From an uncultured Woeseia sp. (GTDB lineage Bacteria; Pseudomonadota; Gammaproteobacteria; Steroidobacterales; UBA11654), in contig CAZVRH010000001.1 of the NCBI GenBank assembly GCA_964629335.1, positions 14,788 to 78,787 of the forward strand: a DNA stretch of 64,000 bases. Reading direction: 5' to 3'. This document shows positions 29,211 to 39,610 of this stretch, piece by piece. Each line of letters starts with the position of its first letter. Within the stretch, counting starts at the first letter, position 1. The notes beneath the pieces were generated by a model that saw only the letters and a list, made by a program, of their open reading frames with translations, had not been told where the DNA came from and did not search any database. The translations under genes and the position numbers were made by a program.

Positions 29211-29891
29211 TTACTCATTCGATGCTTTACAAATTTGTTCCTCAGCTTTATTTAATCTTTCAACAGTACCAACATCAAGCCAATCACCAGAAAACAACTC
29301 GCCTGAAAAATTATTAAGATGAATATGCTCTCTAAAGATAACAGCTAATGATGAATGCCTCTCTGAGGCTTCCAAAAAAATTCTAGGGGACAGAAAGCTA
29401 ATACCGCTAAAAGTAAATCTCTGACCTACTCCAGAGGTCACTCTTGAAGCTTGCAAGCCAAAATCTCCGTTAGTGTTATGATCTGGATTAGGCACTAAAA
29501 TTAAATGTCCAAGCGTGTTTTCTTTAAATTGAATGATTGGGAAATTATAGCTTGATAACACATCGGAATTTACTACCCAGAAATTCTCCTCCAAGAAATA
29601 CCCATTATCTTGGGCATTAAAGATAGCACCTGCGGTTCCCATTGGTTGCAATCCTTCATCTATAAAAGAAATTTCCAATCCCGGTATATCAATTTCACTT
29701 ATGGCTGAATCAATTTGTTCACCAAATTTAGAGCCATTGATAACCATTTCCCTAATTCCGTATTTATGCAAATGAATAATGTTTCTTTCTAATAAGCTCA
29801 GTTTGCCAACTTTAACCAGAGGTTTTGGCTTGTGTTCTGTCAAAGGCATCAGTCTAGTCCCCAGTCCTGCAGATAGAATCATTACTTTCAT
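29211..29891 (-). CDS. murU: N-acetylmuramate alpha-1-phosphate uridylyltransferase MurU (nucleotidyltransferase)
   Basis: 226 aa. Has ILSAGLGTRLMPLTEHKPKPL, overlaps the amgK stop, and lies divergent from lptD as in Pseudomonas. Confidence 0.8.
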   Translation of the reverse strand: MKVMILSAGLGTRLMPLTEHKPKPLVKVGKLSLLERNIIHLHKYGIREMVINGSKFGEQIDSAISEIDIPGLEISFIDEGLQPMGTAGAIFNAQDNGYFLEENFWVVNSDVLSSYNFPIIQFKENTLGHLILVPNPDHNTNGDFGLQASRVTSGVGQRFTFSGISFLSPRIFLEASERHSSLAVIFREHIHLNNFSGELFSGDWLDVGTVERLNKAEEQICKASNE

Positions 29892-30877
29892 ATTGAATGA
29901 ACTTCGTTGATAAAATTATGGAGGGGTTTAAGAAAATTATACTTGTTTGAGATGATTTTCAAATAATGAATAGTTCTAGGAATATCGTTCATGTAATTGA
30001 GTTTCCCATCTCTATGCTTAAGGCGTGAGAAAATACCAATAGCTTTTAAATGCCTTTGACAACCCATCAAATCAAAATCAGTTTCAAATTCTTTAAAAGT
30101 GATATTAATCATCTCTTCTTTGATTAATCGTTGGTATACCAGTTCCAGCCAATATTTGATTTCGTTTTGCGATAACTCAAAATAGCAATCTCTTAGCAGA
30201 GAAACCAAATCATAAGTAACCGGACCTAAAACAGCATCCTGGAAGTCAACAATGCCAATACCCCCTAAATTCGAAACAACAATATTTCTAGAATGGTAGT
30301 CCCGATGAACAAAGACTTGTTTTTGTTTCAAAGCACGGTTGGATAAATCCTTAAAAATATCCTCTAAATAGGATTTTTTTAAGCTTTTATAATTGATTCC
30401 AAGCTCTTTAATGCAGTACCAATCTAAAAATAAATTCATTTCATTATAAAGAAGATCAAAGTCATAGACAGGCAGTTGGTTCTGAAAACTTATCCCGTTT
30501 CTCTGAATTGATAAAAGTAGTTCTATGGCTTGCTTATAGAATTCTTGGCGTTTTATTTGATCCGATAAATTCTGATCCAGCATCGTTGTTGGGCCGAGAT
30601 CGTTTAACAGAAGAAAGCCCTTAGACAAATCATGCTTTATAACTCTGGTGGCTGGAATCCTCATTTTCTCTAAAAAGCCAGAGGTCAGAAGAAATTGCTG
30701 ATTATCTTCTTTATCGGGAGGCGAATCCATAACAACATAACTAGATCCCCCATCAAAGACACGAAAGAATTTTCTAAAACTAGCATCTGAATTAATAGGT
30801 TCGATTGAAGCCCCTGATGAGTTCACACTTTTTCTAACCCAACTTTTTAATAGTTGATATCTTTTGTCTGGATTCAT
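29888..30877 (-). CDS. amgK: anomeric MurNAc/GlcNAc kinase AmgK (aminoglycoside phosphotransferase fold)
   Basis: 329 aa. Has the APH-type catalytic HRDYHSRNI and DFQDA motifs, with conserved amgK-murU synteny. Confidence 0.8.
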   Translation of the reverse strand: MNPDKRYQLLKSWVRKSVNSSGASIEPINSDASFRKFFRVFDGGSSYVVMDSPPDKEDNQQFLLTSGFLEKMRIPATRVIKHDLSKGFLLLNDLGPTTMLDQNLSDQIKRQEFYKQAIELLLSIQRNGISFQNQLPVYDFDLLYNEMNLFLDWYCIKELGINYKSLKKSYLEDIFKDLSNRALKQKQVFVHRDYHSRNIVVSNLGGIGIVDFQDAVLGPVTYDLVSLLRDCYFELSQNEIKYWLELVYQRLIKEEMINITFKEFETDFDLMGCQRHLKAIGIFSRLKHRDGKLNYMNDIPRTIHYLKIISNKYNFLKPLHNFINEVHSI

Positions 30878-30917
30878 ATAAAATTAGTTAACTATTGATT
30901 TTACGAATTATAGAATC

Positions 30918-33098
30918 ATGAATTATTCTAGACTGTATGCCATGTCCTTAATAGCTTTTATTGCTATTACTCTAAGTCCTGCTTGGGTGTATGCCAATAC
31001 TTGTCTAGCTCCAACCATCAGTAGTCAATCTGATTTATTTTCTAACGATGAATCATGGACAATGCAAACAGGGAAGTTAATTGGTGAAATTGGTCAAGAA
31101 ATTAAAATCAAGGACAAAATTAAAATTGTCTCTGGACCAAATAAGATCACAGCTGAAGAGGTCGTCTACAATGAAGAAGTCGGAAGGATCAGGATCAACA
31201 AGGGCTTAATTCTAGAAAATAATAACTTATTAGTCTTTGCAGAAGGAGCTGTGATTAAAACAGATAATAATAATGCTGTGATTACTAACACTGAATACCA
31301 ATTGTTCTCCCCCCAAGCTAGAGGAACAGCTGAAGAAATTAGAATAAATTCAGAAAGCAATTTTACTTTAATTAAGCCTGTATATACCACTTGCGCCAGC
31401 AATGATGATTCTTGGAGCCTTGAAGCAGAAGCCATACAAATTAAAGCTGATGAAGGCATTGCAAAGAACTTAGTTTTGAAAATTGGAAATGCTCCAATAC
31501 TGTTTCTGCCCTATTTATCTTTTCCAGCATCTGAACAAAGGAAATCAGGTCTTCTTGTTCCTAACTTTGGTTCCTCGTCTAAAAAAGGCACTGAAATTGA
31601 GATTCCCTATTATTGGAACATTGCACCAAATATAGACATGATAAGCACGATGAACTGGATGAGTAAACGAGGAATCCAGTTCAACAATAGTTTCAGATTT
31701 CTGACGCCTAAACAATACGGTGAAATAGAATTTAATATCCTGCCTAACGATGATATCTCCAAAAGCACCCGTAATTACCTAGCGATCAATCAAGAATTAA
31801 AATTACTGTCAAATTGGAGATTAAGAATGAATGGAGAATACGCTTCTGACAGTGAATATTTTGAAGATTTAACAAGAAGTGTAAATTCAACAAGCAAAAC
31901 TCATTTATTCCGGACTGTCCGTGTTCAAGGCTTTTCTGAAAATTGGTTTATCAATATAGGCATGGATAATTTTCAGATCTTAGATCAGTCTATTTTACCC
32001 GAGGATAAACCTCAAAAAATATTACCGTACCTTGATTTTGATGGTCAGTGGGTGAGTCAAGAATTCAATCTATCTTATGGCCTAGATGCAAATCTTGCTC
32101 ACTTTGAAAGCAATGTGAATATGTCTGGTACGCGATTCCATTTGATGCCTAATCTCTCTAAAACTTTTAATCTCAGCGGTCTCCAAATCAAACCAGAAAT
32201 CCAACTTGATCTCACCTCCTATAATCTGGATAGCTCTAATAACGATGCCATGAAGACAGATAGACCCAATAGAACTGTGCCAATATACAGCCTGGATATA
32301 CAAGCATTGTTGAAAAAGAATTGGGAGCAAAAGGGATACATACAAACATTAGAACCCAGAATCCTGGGTGTCTATATACCTTTTAGAAATCAGGATGATT
32401 TTCCTATTTTTGATTCGCTTGTTCCCGATAGAAATGTCCATGAGTTGTTCAGGAAAAACAGATACCTTGGTCAAGATCGGGTGGGTGACACATCTAAATT
32501 ATCCTATGGAATTGTTTCTCGAATATACGATCAAAAAAGCTCATCTGAAGTTTTCAGCTTTACATTTGGCAAAACCCAGCACTTTAAAGACCGGAAAGTT
32601 AGGTTACCGAATGAATTACCTCATGATCATCATTCATCTGCCTACCTAGCCTCTATGCAATGGTCCATGAATCCGAAATGGAGATTACAACTAGGTCATA
32701 GTTGGGATTCAGATTATGACCTATCGGATAAAACACAAATTGGCCTTAGGTATAAATCAGAAGGTTCAAGAGTAATTAATTTCTCCTATCGATACAGAAA
32801 AAATAATTTGAAACAATTGGATACTTCATTCTCCTGGCCCATCAAGGACAAGTGGAACATAGTGGGTCGATACAATTACTCTATCGAGGACCGAAAATCA
32901 TTGGAGCACTTTTTTGGTGTTGAATACGAGACATGCTGTTGGGGGATCAGAGCGATTTCTAGAAAGCATTTAATATACCGAAACGGAGAAACCGATAGTT
33001 CTTTTTCAATACAGTTTATATTCAAAGGCCTAGGTGAGGTTGGCATGCCAATAGAAAACCTTCTGGAAGAAGGAATATTGGGCTATGATGTTCCATAA
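30918..33098 (+). CDS. lptD: LPS-assembly protein LptD
   Basis: 726 aa with a signal peptide. Has an OstA-like N-terminal domain and a large beta-barrel, followed by surA-pdxA-rsmA. Confidence 0.92.
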   Translation: MNYSRLYAMSLIAFIAITLSPAWVYANTCLAPTISSQSDLFSNDESWTMQTGKLIGEIGQEIKIKDKIKIVSGPNKITAEEVVYNEEVGRIRINKGLILENNNLLVFAEGAVIKTDNNNAVITNTEYQLFSPQARGTAEEIRINSESNFTLIKPVYTTCASNDDSWSLEAEAIQIKADEGIAKNLVLKIGNAPILFLPYLSFPASEQRKSGLLVPNFGSSSKKGTEIEIPYYWNIAPNIDMISTMNWMSKRGIQFNNSFRFLTPKQYGEIEFNILPNDDISKSTRNYLAINQELKLLSNWRLRMNGEYASDSEYFEDLTRSVNSTSKTHLFRTVRVQGFSENWFINIGMDNFQILDQSILPEDKPQKILPYLDFDGQWVSQEFNLSYGLDANLAHFESNVNMSGTRFHLMPNLSKTFNLSGLQIKPEIQLDLTSYNLDSSNNDAMKTDRPNRTVPIYSLDIQALLKKNWEQKGYIQTLEPRILGVYIPFRNQDDFPIFDSLVPDRNVHELFRKNRYLGQDRVGDTSKLSYGIVSRIYDQKSSSEVFSFTFGKTQHFKDRKVRLPNELPHDHHSSAYLASMQWSMNPKWRLQLGHSWDSDYDLSDKTQIGLRYKSEGSRVINFSYRYRKNNLKQLDTSFSWPIKDKWNIVGRYNYSIEDRKSLEHFFGVEYETCCWGIRAISRKHLIYRNGETDSSFSIQFIFKGLGEVGMPIENLLEEGILGYDVP

Positions 33099-33109
33099 AT
33101 TTTAAGTAA

Positions 33110-34417
33110 ATGAAAAAACAACTGACAATCATGGTCCTCTCTCTGATGTTATTTACTTCAGAGATAGACTCACAAACACGAGAACTCAGCAGCACGGGTG
33201 AATTTCTCGATAGTGTTGTTGCCATCGTTAACGATGGGATAGTGTTAAGAAGTGAACTTGAAAATCAGCTCAGCCTTATAATATCAAATCTAGAACAACA
33301 AGGCGGTCAACTCCCTCCCATCGAAACCATCAGAGAAAATCTGCTTGAGCGTCTTATTCTTGAACGCATCCAGTTACAAAGAGCGGATCGGTATGGCATA
33401 AGAGTCACTGACGAAATTCTAAATAATGCAATCGCAAATGTTGCTAGTAATAACAACGTTAGTTTTGAAGAATTCCCTGCGGTTCTAGCTCAGGAAGGTA
33501 TCAGTTACAACGATTATAGAAGTGAGTTAAGACAACAATTAACAATTGAACAGTTAAGACAAAGAGAGGTCATTTCAAGGATTGCTGTTACTGAGAGTGA
33601 ATTGGATAGCTTTCTGGTATTTCAAAAAGAGCAAGATGCTCTAAATTATGACTATAATTTATCCCATATACTAATACCAACGAGCTCAAGAGCCGGAACC
33701 AAAGAGATTGCAAGCAAAGAATCTTTAATCTATGAAATTCAAGAAATAATCAATGAAGGTGGAGATTTTGCTCAACTAGCAAAGGAAAATTCCAAGGGTC
33801 AACAAGCTGCTTCAGGTGGAAATTTAGGGTGGATGAAAGGAAACCAATTGCCTGAAATCTTTATTAAAGTGACCAGTCAACTTCAGTCAGGTGAATTAAG
33901 CCAACCCTTTCAAACCACTAGTGGGTTTCACCTACTCAAACTCAATGAAATAAAAGGAAATGATCCAATTCTTGAAGAACAGATTCAGGTGAGGCATATA
34001 CTCATCAAAACCAATGAAGTGCTCGATGATTCCGCTGCTGAAGAAAAGCTAAAAACCATACGTCAACAAATCGTTGACGAAGGTAATTTTGGTGCGGTTG
34101 CTGCCGCTGTGTCAGAAGATATTGGTTCTGCTCAAGACGGTGGAGATATGGGCTGGGCTCCTCAGGGTTTCTTTGTTCCTGAATTCGAAGAGATAGCCTA
34201 TGCATTGGAGGAAAATGAAATTAGTCAACCGTTTCGGTCTAGATATGGATGGCATATCATTCAATACTTGGGCAAGAGAATTTTTGATAATACTGAAGAA
34301 ATTCAAAAACGAAAAGCTATATCAGCGATTAGGAATTCTAAACTTTCAAATGAAATAGAAATATGGTCTAGAGAACTCAGAGATGAGGCATTTGTTGAAA
34401 TCCTACCTTACAACTAA
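33110..34417 (+). CDS. surA: periplasmic chaperone/PPIase SurA
   Basis: 435 aa with a signal peptide. Has two parvulin domains (GGNLGWMK..., GGDMGWAP...). Confidence 0.93.
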   Translation: MKKQLTIMVLSLMLFTSEIDSQTRELSSTGEFLDSVVAIVNDGIVLRSELENQLSLIISNLEQQGGQLPPIETIRENLLERLILERIQLQRADRYGIRVTDEILNNAIANVASNNNVSFEEFPAVLAQEGISYNDYRSELRQQLTIEQLRQREVISRIAVTESELDSFLVFQKEQDALNYDYNLSHILIPTSSRAGTKEIASKESLIYEIQEIINEGGDFAQLAKENSKGQQAASGGNLGWMKGNQLPEIFIKVTSQLQSGELSQPFQTTSGFHLLKLNEIKGNDPILEEQIQVRHILIKTNEVLDDSAAEEKLKTIRQQIVDEGNFGAVAAAVSEDIGSAQDGGDMGWAPQGFFVPEFEEIAYALEENEISQPFRSRYGWHIIQYLGKRIFDNTEEIQKRKAISAIRNSKLSNEIEIWSRELRDEAFVEILPYN

Positions 34418-34438
34418 GAACCATTTTGTAAACAATAA

Positions 34439-35434
34439 ATGAACTCACCTTTTGTTGTTACTTCAGGGGAACCAGCAGGGATTGGTCCTGACATATGTCT
34501 AGCAATTGCAAAGAGAGAGGATAATTCTGATTTTGTTATCTTTGGCAGTATGGAACTGCTCAATCAACGAGCGTCAATGCTTGGTTTAGAGCTCTCACTC
34601 ATAGAATATAACCCCTCTAAAGAACGATCAAAATTAAAAAAAAATGAGATATTCGTATCTAACTTTGATCTCTATGAGGAATGTCGTGCAGGCTTGCTGA
34701 GTAAAAAAAACAGTCCTTATGTAATTAATATGATTGAGGCTGCTGTTCAGGGATGCCTGAGTAATGAATTTTCGGGTTGCATCACTGGTCCGGTTAGTAA
34801 GAAAGTTATTGCTGACTCAGGTTTTCATTTTACAGGTCATACAGAATTTTTAGGTGAACTGTGTGGCAAAAAGCCCCTGATGTCATTTATATCTGAGACC
34901 ATGAGGTTAGCACTTGCGACAACACATGTGAGTCTTAAAGAAATACCAGAGTTGATCAACGCTGACATGATTGCTAGTGCATGTGAAATTATTTCAAACG
35001 ACTTAAAGCTTTATTTTACGAAATCAGAACCAACAATAGGCATCTTAGGTCTTAACCCTCATGCAGGAGAAAATGGGTTATTGGGTAGTGAAGAACAGGA
35101 GATCATTATTCCAGTTATTGAACAATTACAACAACAAGGCTTTGATATTTGTGGACCACTGGCAGCCGACACCGCCTTTTTGCAAGAACTGAATTTAGAT
35201 CTTGTTCTCAGCTTTTACCATGACCAAGCGCTACCACTGTTTAAATATGTGAACCCGCACTTAGCTGCCAATGTTAGCTTGGGCCTTGGAATTATAAGAA
35301 CATCAGTAGATCACGGGATAGCTCTAGATCAAGCAGGCTCTCAAGGAGCCAATCATCAAAGCTTATATTTTGCATTAAACACAGCAAAAGAAATGGCCAG
35401 TCATGCAGAAAACAAGAACAGTCACACCGCGTAA
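34439..35434 (+). CDS. pdxA: 4-hydroxythreonine-4-phosphate dehydrogenase
   Basis: 331 aa. Has TSGEPAGIGPD, TGHTEFL and NPHAGENG motifs. Confidence 0.95.
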   Translation: MNSPFVVTSGEPAGIGPDICLAIAKREDNSDFVIFGSMELLNQRASMLGLELSLIEYNPSKERSKLKKNEIFVSNFDLYEECRAGLLSKKNSPYVINMIEAAVQGCLSNEFSGCITGPVSKKVIADSGFHFTGHTEFLGELCGKKPLMSFISETMRLALATTHVSLKEIPELINADMIASACEIISNDLKLYFTKSEPTIGILGLNPHAGENGLLGSEEQEIIIPVIEQLQQQGFDICGPLAADTAFLQELNLDLVLSFYHDQALPLFKYVNPHLAANVSLGLGIIRTSVDHGIALDQAGSQGANHQSLYFALNTAKEMASHAENKNSHTA

Positions 35435-36185
35435 ACGCTTCAGTCAAAACTTCTTGCACGACAAGAACACGATCAACAACATTGTTGCTGTCATCGGACC
35501 GTCGGAGGATGATCATATTGTGGAGATTGGACCTGGCCAAGGCGCACTTTCTTTTGTGTTGCTTGAAACAATTAATCAGATTGAAGTGATAGAGATAGAT
35601 AGGGATTTAGTGAGCATGCTCAAGAGAAACAATCTTAAAAATAACATGATTATTCATCAAGCAGATGCCTTAAAATTTAACTTTGCATCTTCATACAATG
35701 ACAAAAAAATTAGAATTATTGGTAATCTGCCATATCATATCTCCACCCCTTTAATTTTCCATCTTATTAAATACAGTGAATATTTCCTTGACTTGCACCT
35801 AATGGTACAAAAAGAAGTTGCTGCAAGAATTGTGAGTGAGCCACATTCTAAAATATACGGAAGACTTTCTGTATCTATGCAAGCAAGATGCCATGTTGAA
35901 AGTGTGTTGGATGTAAAACCAAATGCCTTTTACCCAATTCCAAAAGTGATGTCTTCTCTGCTTAAAATCATACCTAAATCACCCCTTGATAAGCGGATTG
36001 ATACTCAACTTAATCAAATACTCACTTTAGCCTTTAATCAAAGACGAAAAAAAATTAGAAACTCATTAAAAGACATCTTCACCCCTGATGAAATGAGAAA
36101 TTTAGAGATTGATCCAGAATTAAGACCTGAAAACCTAACGGTAAAAGAATTTTTACGTTTATCTGCAGCAGGTATCAACAGATGA
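35403..36185 (+). CDS. rsmA: 16S rRNA (adenine1518/1519-N6)-dimethyltransferase
   Basis: 260 aa. Has RKRFSQNFL, EIGPGQGALS and GNLPYHISTP. Overlaps the pdxA end by 32 nt. Confidence 0.95.
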   Translation: MQKTRTVTPRKRFSQNFLHDKNTINNIVAVIGPSEDDHIVEIGPGQGALSFVLLETINQIEVIEIDRDLVSMLKRNNLKNNMIIHQADALKFNFASSYNDKKIRIIGNLPYHISTPLIFHLIKYSEYFLDLHLMVQKEVAARIVSEPHSKIYGRLSVSMQARCHVESVLDVKPNAFYPIPKVMSSLLKIIPKSPLDKRIDTQLNQILTLAFNQRRKKIRNSLKDIFTPDEMRNLEIDPELRPENLTVKEFLRLSAAGINR

Positions 36186-36994
36186 CCACCTATGCTATTG
36201 GAGATGTGCAGGGTTGTTATGAGGAACTCAGACTCATGCTTGATCACATAGAGTTTGATCCTGGTAACGACAAGCTATGTTTTACAGGCGATCTTGTAAA
36301 CAGGGGCCCTGACTCATTAAAGGTATTAGAATATTTGTACTCAATCAATGAGTCGATTATTAATGTTCTGGGTAATCATGACTTCCACCTTATCGCTTTA
36401 GCTTTAAGTGATGGAGGCTTTAAATCAAAGGATCATTTACTGGCACCAATATTATCTGCCTCCAATAAAATCAATCTAATCGAGTGGCTTCGCCATCAGC
36501 CTCTTGTACATTTTGAAAAAGATACTGATGTATTGATTGTCCATGCGGGTATCCATCCCTACTGGGAATTAAACACAGTTAAAGAATTCGCAGAAGAAAT
36601 AGAGTCAATTATTAGAGGAGCAGATGCCGGTCAATTTTTTAAGGCCATGTACACTGATGATTCATGGTCAACCGGTTTGATTGGCAACAAACGATTTAAT
36701 GCTATCGTTAATACTTTCACAAGGATGCGGTATTTAAACAAACGTGGCGGATGTAACTTTGAAGAAAAGAATTCCCCAGAAAAGACAGATATTAATCTCG
36801 TTCCTTGGTATTTATATCCAAAACGTGAAATAAATAATCTGATAATTTTTGGACATTGGTCATCACTTGGCTATTTTTGTGACCATAATGTCGTGTGCCT
36901 TGACGGTGGATGTGTTTGGGGAGGAGAGCTTATTGCGATTGATATAGACAAGCCCAGAACGCCTATTAGGATCAACAGCGTTAAATCGAAATAG
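36182..36994 (+). CDS. apaH: bis(5'-nucleosyl)-tetraphosphatase (symmetrical)
   Basis: 270 aa. Has [23 protein letters not shown] and GNHD motifs. Confidence 0.93.
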   Translation: MTTYAIGDVQGCYEELRLMLDHIEFDPGNDKLCFTGDLVNRGPDSLKVLEYLYSINESIINVLGNHDFHLIALALSDGGFKSKDHLLAPILSASNKINLIEWLRHQPLVHFEKDTDVLIVHAGIHPYWELNTVKEFAEEIESIIRGADAGQFFKAMYTDDSWSTGLIGNKRFNAIVNTFTRMRYLNKRGGCNFEEKNSPEKTDINLVPWYLYPKREINNLIIFGHWSSLGYFCDHNVVCLDGGCVWGGELIAIDIDKPRTPIRINSVKSK

Positions 36995-37817
36995 GTGCTT
37001 TGATGTTAGGATGGCTCTGATAATTCACTAATTCAAAATCCTCATAAACATAGTCGTAAATTGAATCTGGCTTTCTGTTGATCTTCAGTGTAGGCAATGC
37101 ATAGGGCTGCCGTGAAAGCTGCTCTCTAGCTTGTTCGGTATGGTTGAGATACAAATGAACGTCACCTCCAGTCCAAATAAAATCTCCCACATCTAAGTCA
37201 CATTGTTGTGCAAGCATGTGTGTTAATAAACTGTAGGAAGCGATATTAAAACCCAAACCCAAGAAGGTGTCGCAACTTCGCTGATAAAGTTGGCATGATA
37301 ATACGCCTTGTGAGACAAAAAATTGAAACAAAGTATGACACGGTGCTAATGCCATTTTTTGGTTCTTTACATTATCTTGAGGGGATATATGTTCATCCGG
37401 TAAATCAGCAACATTCCAAGCACTTACAATCATTCTCCTAGAGCTCGGGTTGTGTTTAAGCTGGTCAACAACATTGTGTATTTGGTCGATGGTTTGCCCG
37501 CTGTTATGGTCTTGCCAATGTCTCCATTGATGTCCGTAAATAGGCCCTAGTTCACCGTTTTCATCTTCCCATTCGTCCCAAATATGAACTTGGTTTTTCT
37601 TCAATTGATTATTGTCAGTTGAGCCATCTAAAAACCAAAGCAACTCATGCACCACCCCTTTAAAGAAAATCTTTTTTGTGGTTAATAAAGGAAACCCCTG
37701 ACTGAGATCAAACCGCATTTGATGGCCAAAAAAACTTCGAGTGCCTGTGCCGGTTCTATCTTCTTTGATTTCTCCTTCATCCAGGATCTTTTGAAGTAGT
37801 TCTAAATATTGCTGCAC
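36981..37817 (-). CDS. thyA: thymidylate synthase
   Basis: GTG start, 278 aa. Has [12 protein letters not shown] and [10 protein letters not shown] (catalytic Cys). Confidence 0.96.
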   Translation of the reverse strand: MQQYLELLQKILDEGEIKEDRTGTGTRSFFGHQMRFDLSQGFPLLTTKKIFFKGVVHELLWFLDGSTDNNQLKKNQVHIWDEWEDENGELGPIYGHQWRHWQDHNSGQTIDQIHNVVDQLKHNPSSRRMIVSAWNVADLPDEHISPQDNVKNQKMALAPCHTLFQFFVSQGVLSCQLYQRSCDTFLGLGFNIASYSLLTHMLAQQCDLDVGDFIWTGGDVHLYLNHTEQAREQLSRQPYALPTLKINRKPDSIYDYVYEDFELVNYQSHPNIKAPISI

Positions 37818-37848
37818 TCACATCCCCTTATTTCAAAAAAATATCTGA

Positions 37849-38634
37849 TTATTTTACCTTTAACTTATGGGTAATAATAATCCAAAATCCGATTATCATC
37901 ATTGGCAGCGTTAACAATTGTCCAAGTGTCATCCAGCCTCCATATAGATAACCGATGTGTGCATCTGGCAACCTGAAAAATTCGATAAAAATTCTAAAAC
38001 ATCCATACCCAATTAAGAACATTGCAGAAGGGAATCCAAGTGGTCTTTTCTTTCTGGTATAGAACCACAAAAAAACAAACAAGACCAAGCCTTCAAGAGT
38101 GGCCTCATAAAGCTGAGTGGCATGTCTTGTGGTTCCATTCACCAGAAAACCGAGAACTGAATCTGTAGGTGCTCCCCACAGTTCTCCATTGATAAAATTA
38201 CCAATCCGTCCTAAACCAAGACCAATGGGAACTAAAGGGGCAACAAAATCAATCACCTTAACAAAAGGTTGTGAAATCTGCTTTGAACAAATCAACGCTG
38301 CACATAAAACTCCAAGTAATCCGCCATGAAATGACATGCCGCCCTTCCACAATTGAGGTAGAGCGATCAACCAACTGATTGGGTCACTGATCAATTGGCT
38401 GGTATCGTAGAAAAACATATAGCCCAGCCTACCTCCCAAAATTACTCCAAAAACAGAGTAAAAAATTAAATCGTCAACTTGATCTTTTGCTAGTGGAGAC
38501 CATTCTTGCTGAACTCTTAATCCTGCTAAGAGATAAGAGGCTATAAACCCTAGCAAATACATAATCCCATACCAAGCAATGGAAATGGGGCCAATACTTA
38601 TGGCTACTGGGTCAATCTCAGGATAGATAAACAT
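37849..38634 (-). CDS. lgt: prolipoprotein diacylglyceryl transferase
   Basis: 261 aa polytopic protein. Has GRIGNFINGELWG and conserved lgt-thyA synteny. Confidence 0.95.
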   Translation of the reverse strand: MFIYPEIDPVAISIGPISIAWYGIMYLLGFIASYLLAGLRVQQEWSPLAKDQVDDLIFYSVFGVILGGRLGYMFFYDTSQLISDPISWLIALPQLWKGGMSFHGGLLGVLCAALICSKQISQPFVKVIDFVAPLVPIGLGLGRIGNFINGELWGAPTDSVLGFLVNGTTRHATQLYEATLEGLVLFVFLWFYTRKKRPLGFPSAMFLIGYGCFRIFIEFFRLPDAHIGYLYGGWMTLGQLLTLPMMIIGFWIIITHKLKVK

Positions 38635-38651
38635 TTATCAACTATTTAAGG

Positions 38652-39497
38652 CTACCAAGGAATAATGCCCTTATCGTAGTTGATAGCTTTTCCTCTATTT
38701 TTCCTGTTTGTTGTTGGATTTATTTCCTCAATAACTTCTATTAAACCCAGTGCACTTTGGTCGATGGTCACTACTCCAGGTCCAGATAAAGGATAACCTG
38801 ATGCTTCAAGCAATGCTGTTTCCACCATGCCGGGTGCAATTAAAGCTGAAAGTATCCCTTTAGACTTTAAACTCACATTCATGGCTATCACACCCATGTT
38901 TAAAGCCGCCTTGCTCATCCTGTAGAAATAAAATCGATCAGTATTACCCGTGATTTGCATAGAGCCTAATCCACTTGTCATTGAAACAATTTTTTTCTGG
39001 TCGCTGAGAGCCACATTATCGGCAAATGCTTCTCCAACTTTTAAAGGGCCATAGGCATTTACTAACATAACTTTCTCAAAAGTAGATTGATCAAGGGATC
39101 CAAAACTCTGCGCTTGAACATCTCCAAGAATGCCTGCATTGTTAATCAGGACATCAATGGGTACACCTTCATATTTGTTTGCCAACTCATCGATCTCAGC
39201 TAGATCTGTCACGTCCAATTCTTCAATTAATATATTGGGATAATCACTGGCAAGCTTTTTAAGCTCTTCAGCGCGATCAGGGCTTCGGCATGTGGCGATC
39301 ACGTTCCAGCCTTTTATTGCATAGTTTTTTGCTAAACCAAATCCAATGCCTCTATTTGACCCTGTAATAAAGACTGTAGGCTGATTCTGATCATGTACTT
39401 TGACATCAGAATGATCGCTATGAGCCATTGATGTACCGCTCAGCAGAAAACAAAAAAAAGCGATTGAAAATATTTTTATGTTTGATGATTCTTTCAT
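38652..39497 (-). CDS. SDR-family oxidoreductase with N-terminal Sec signal/anchor
   Basis: The track ORF starts at TTG 39512, but that codon lies inside a GAGGAG SD sited 7 nt upstream of the ATG at 39497. The protein starts MKESSNIKIFSIAFFCFLLSGTSMA|HS. It then has TGSNRGIGFG (the TGxxxGxG motif) and catalytic YRMSK. Confidence 0.8.
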   Translation of the reverse strand: MKESSNIKIFSIAFFCFLLSGTSMAHSDHSDVKVHDQNQPTVFITGSNRGIGFGLAKNYAIKGWNVIATCRSPDRAEELKKLASDYPNILIEELDVTDLAEIDELANKYEGVPIDVLINNAGILGDVQAQSFGSLDQSTFEKVMLVNAYGPLKVGEAFADNVALSDQKKIVSMTSGLGSMQITGNTDRFYFYRMSKAALNMGVIAMNVSLKSKGILSALIAPGMVETALLEASGYPLSGPGVVTIDQSALGLIEVIEEINPTTNRKNRGKAINYDKGIIPW

Positions 39498-39610
39498 CTG
39501 GTTGCTCCTCAATTGAGTTCTCTATTGTAAATAATAGTATAGCTTATTCATAACTCATTCTTGTTGACCATCCATTTAGGTCTTACAATAGTATTAAAGG
39601 AGTGAAAGTT

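Noticed and set aside
34636-34644. A9 homopolymer (and A8 at about 34704) inside pdxA, considered as a slippage or phase-variation site.
   Set aside because: The reading frame is intact and encodes ordinary Lys-rich segments. Similar A/T runs occur in many genes of this AT-rich window.
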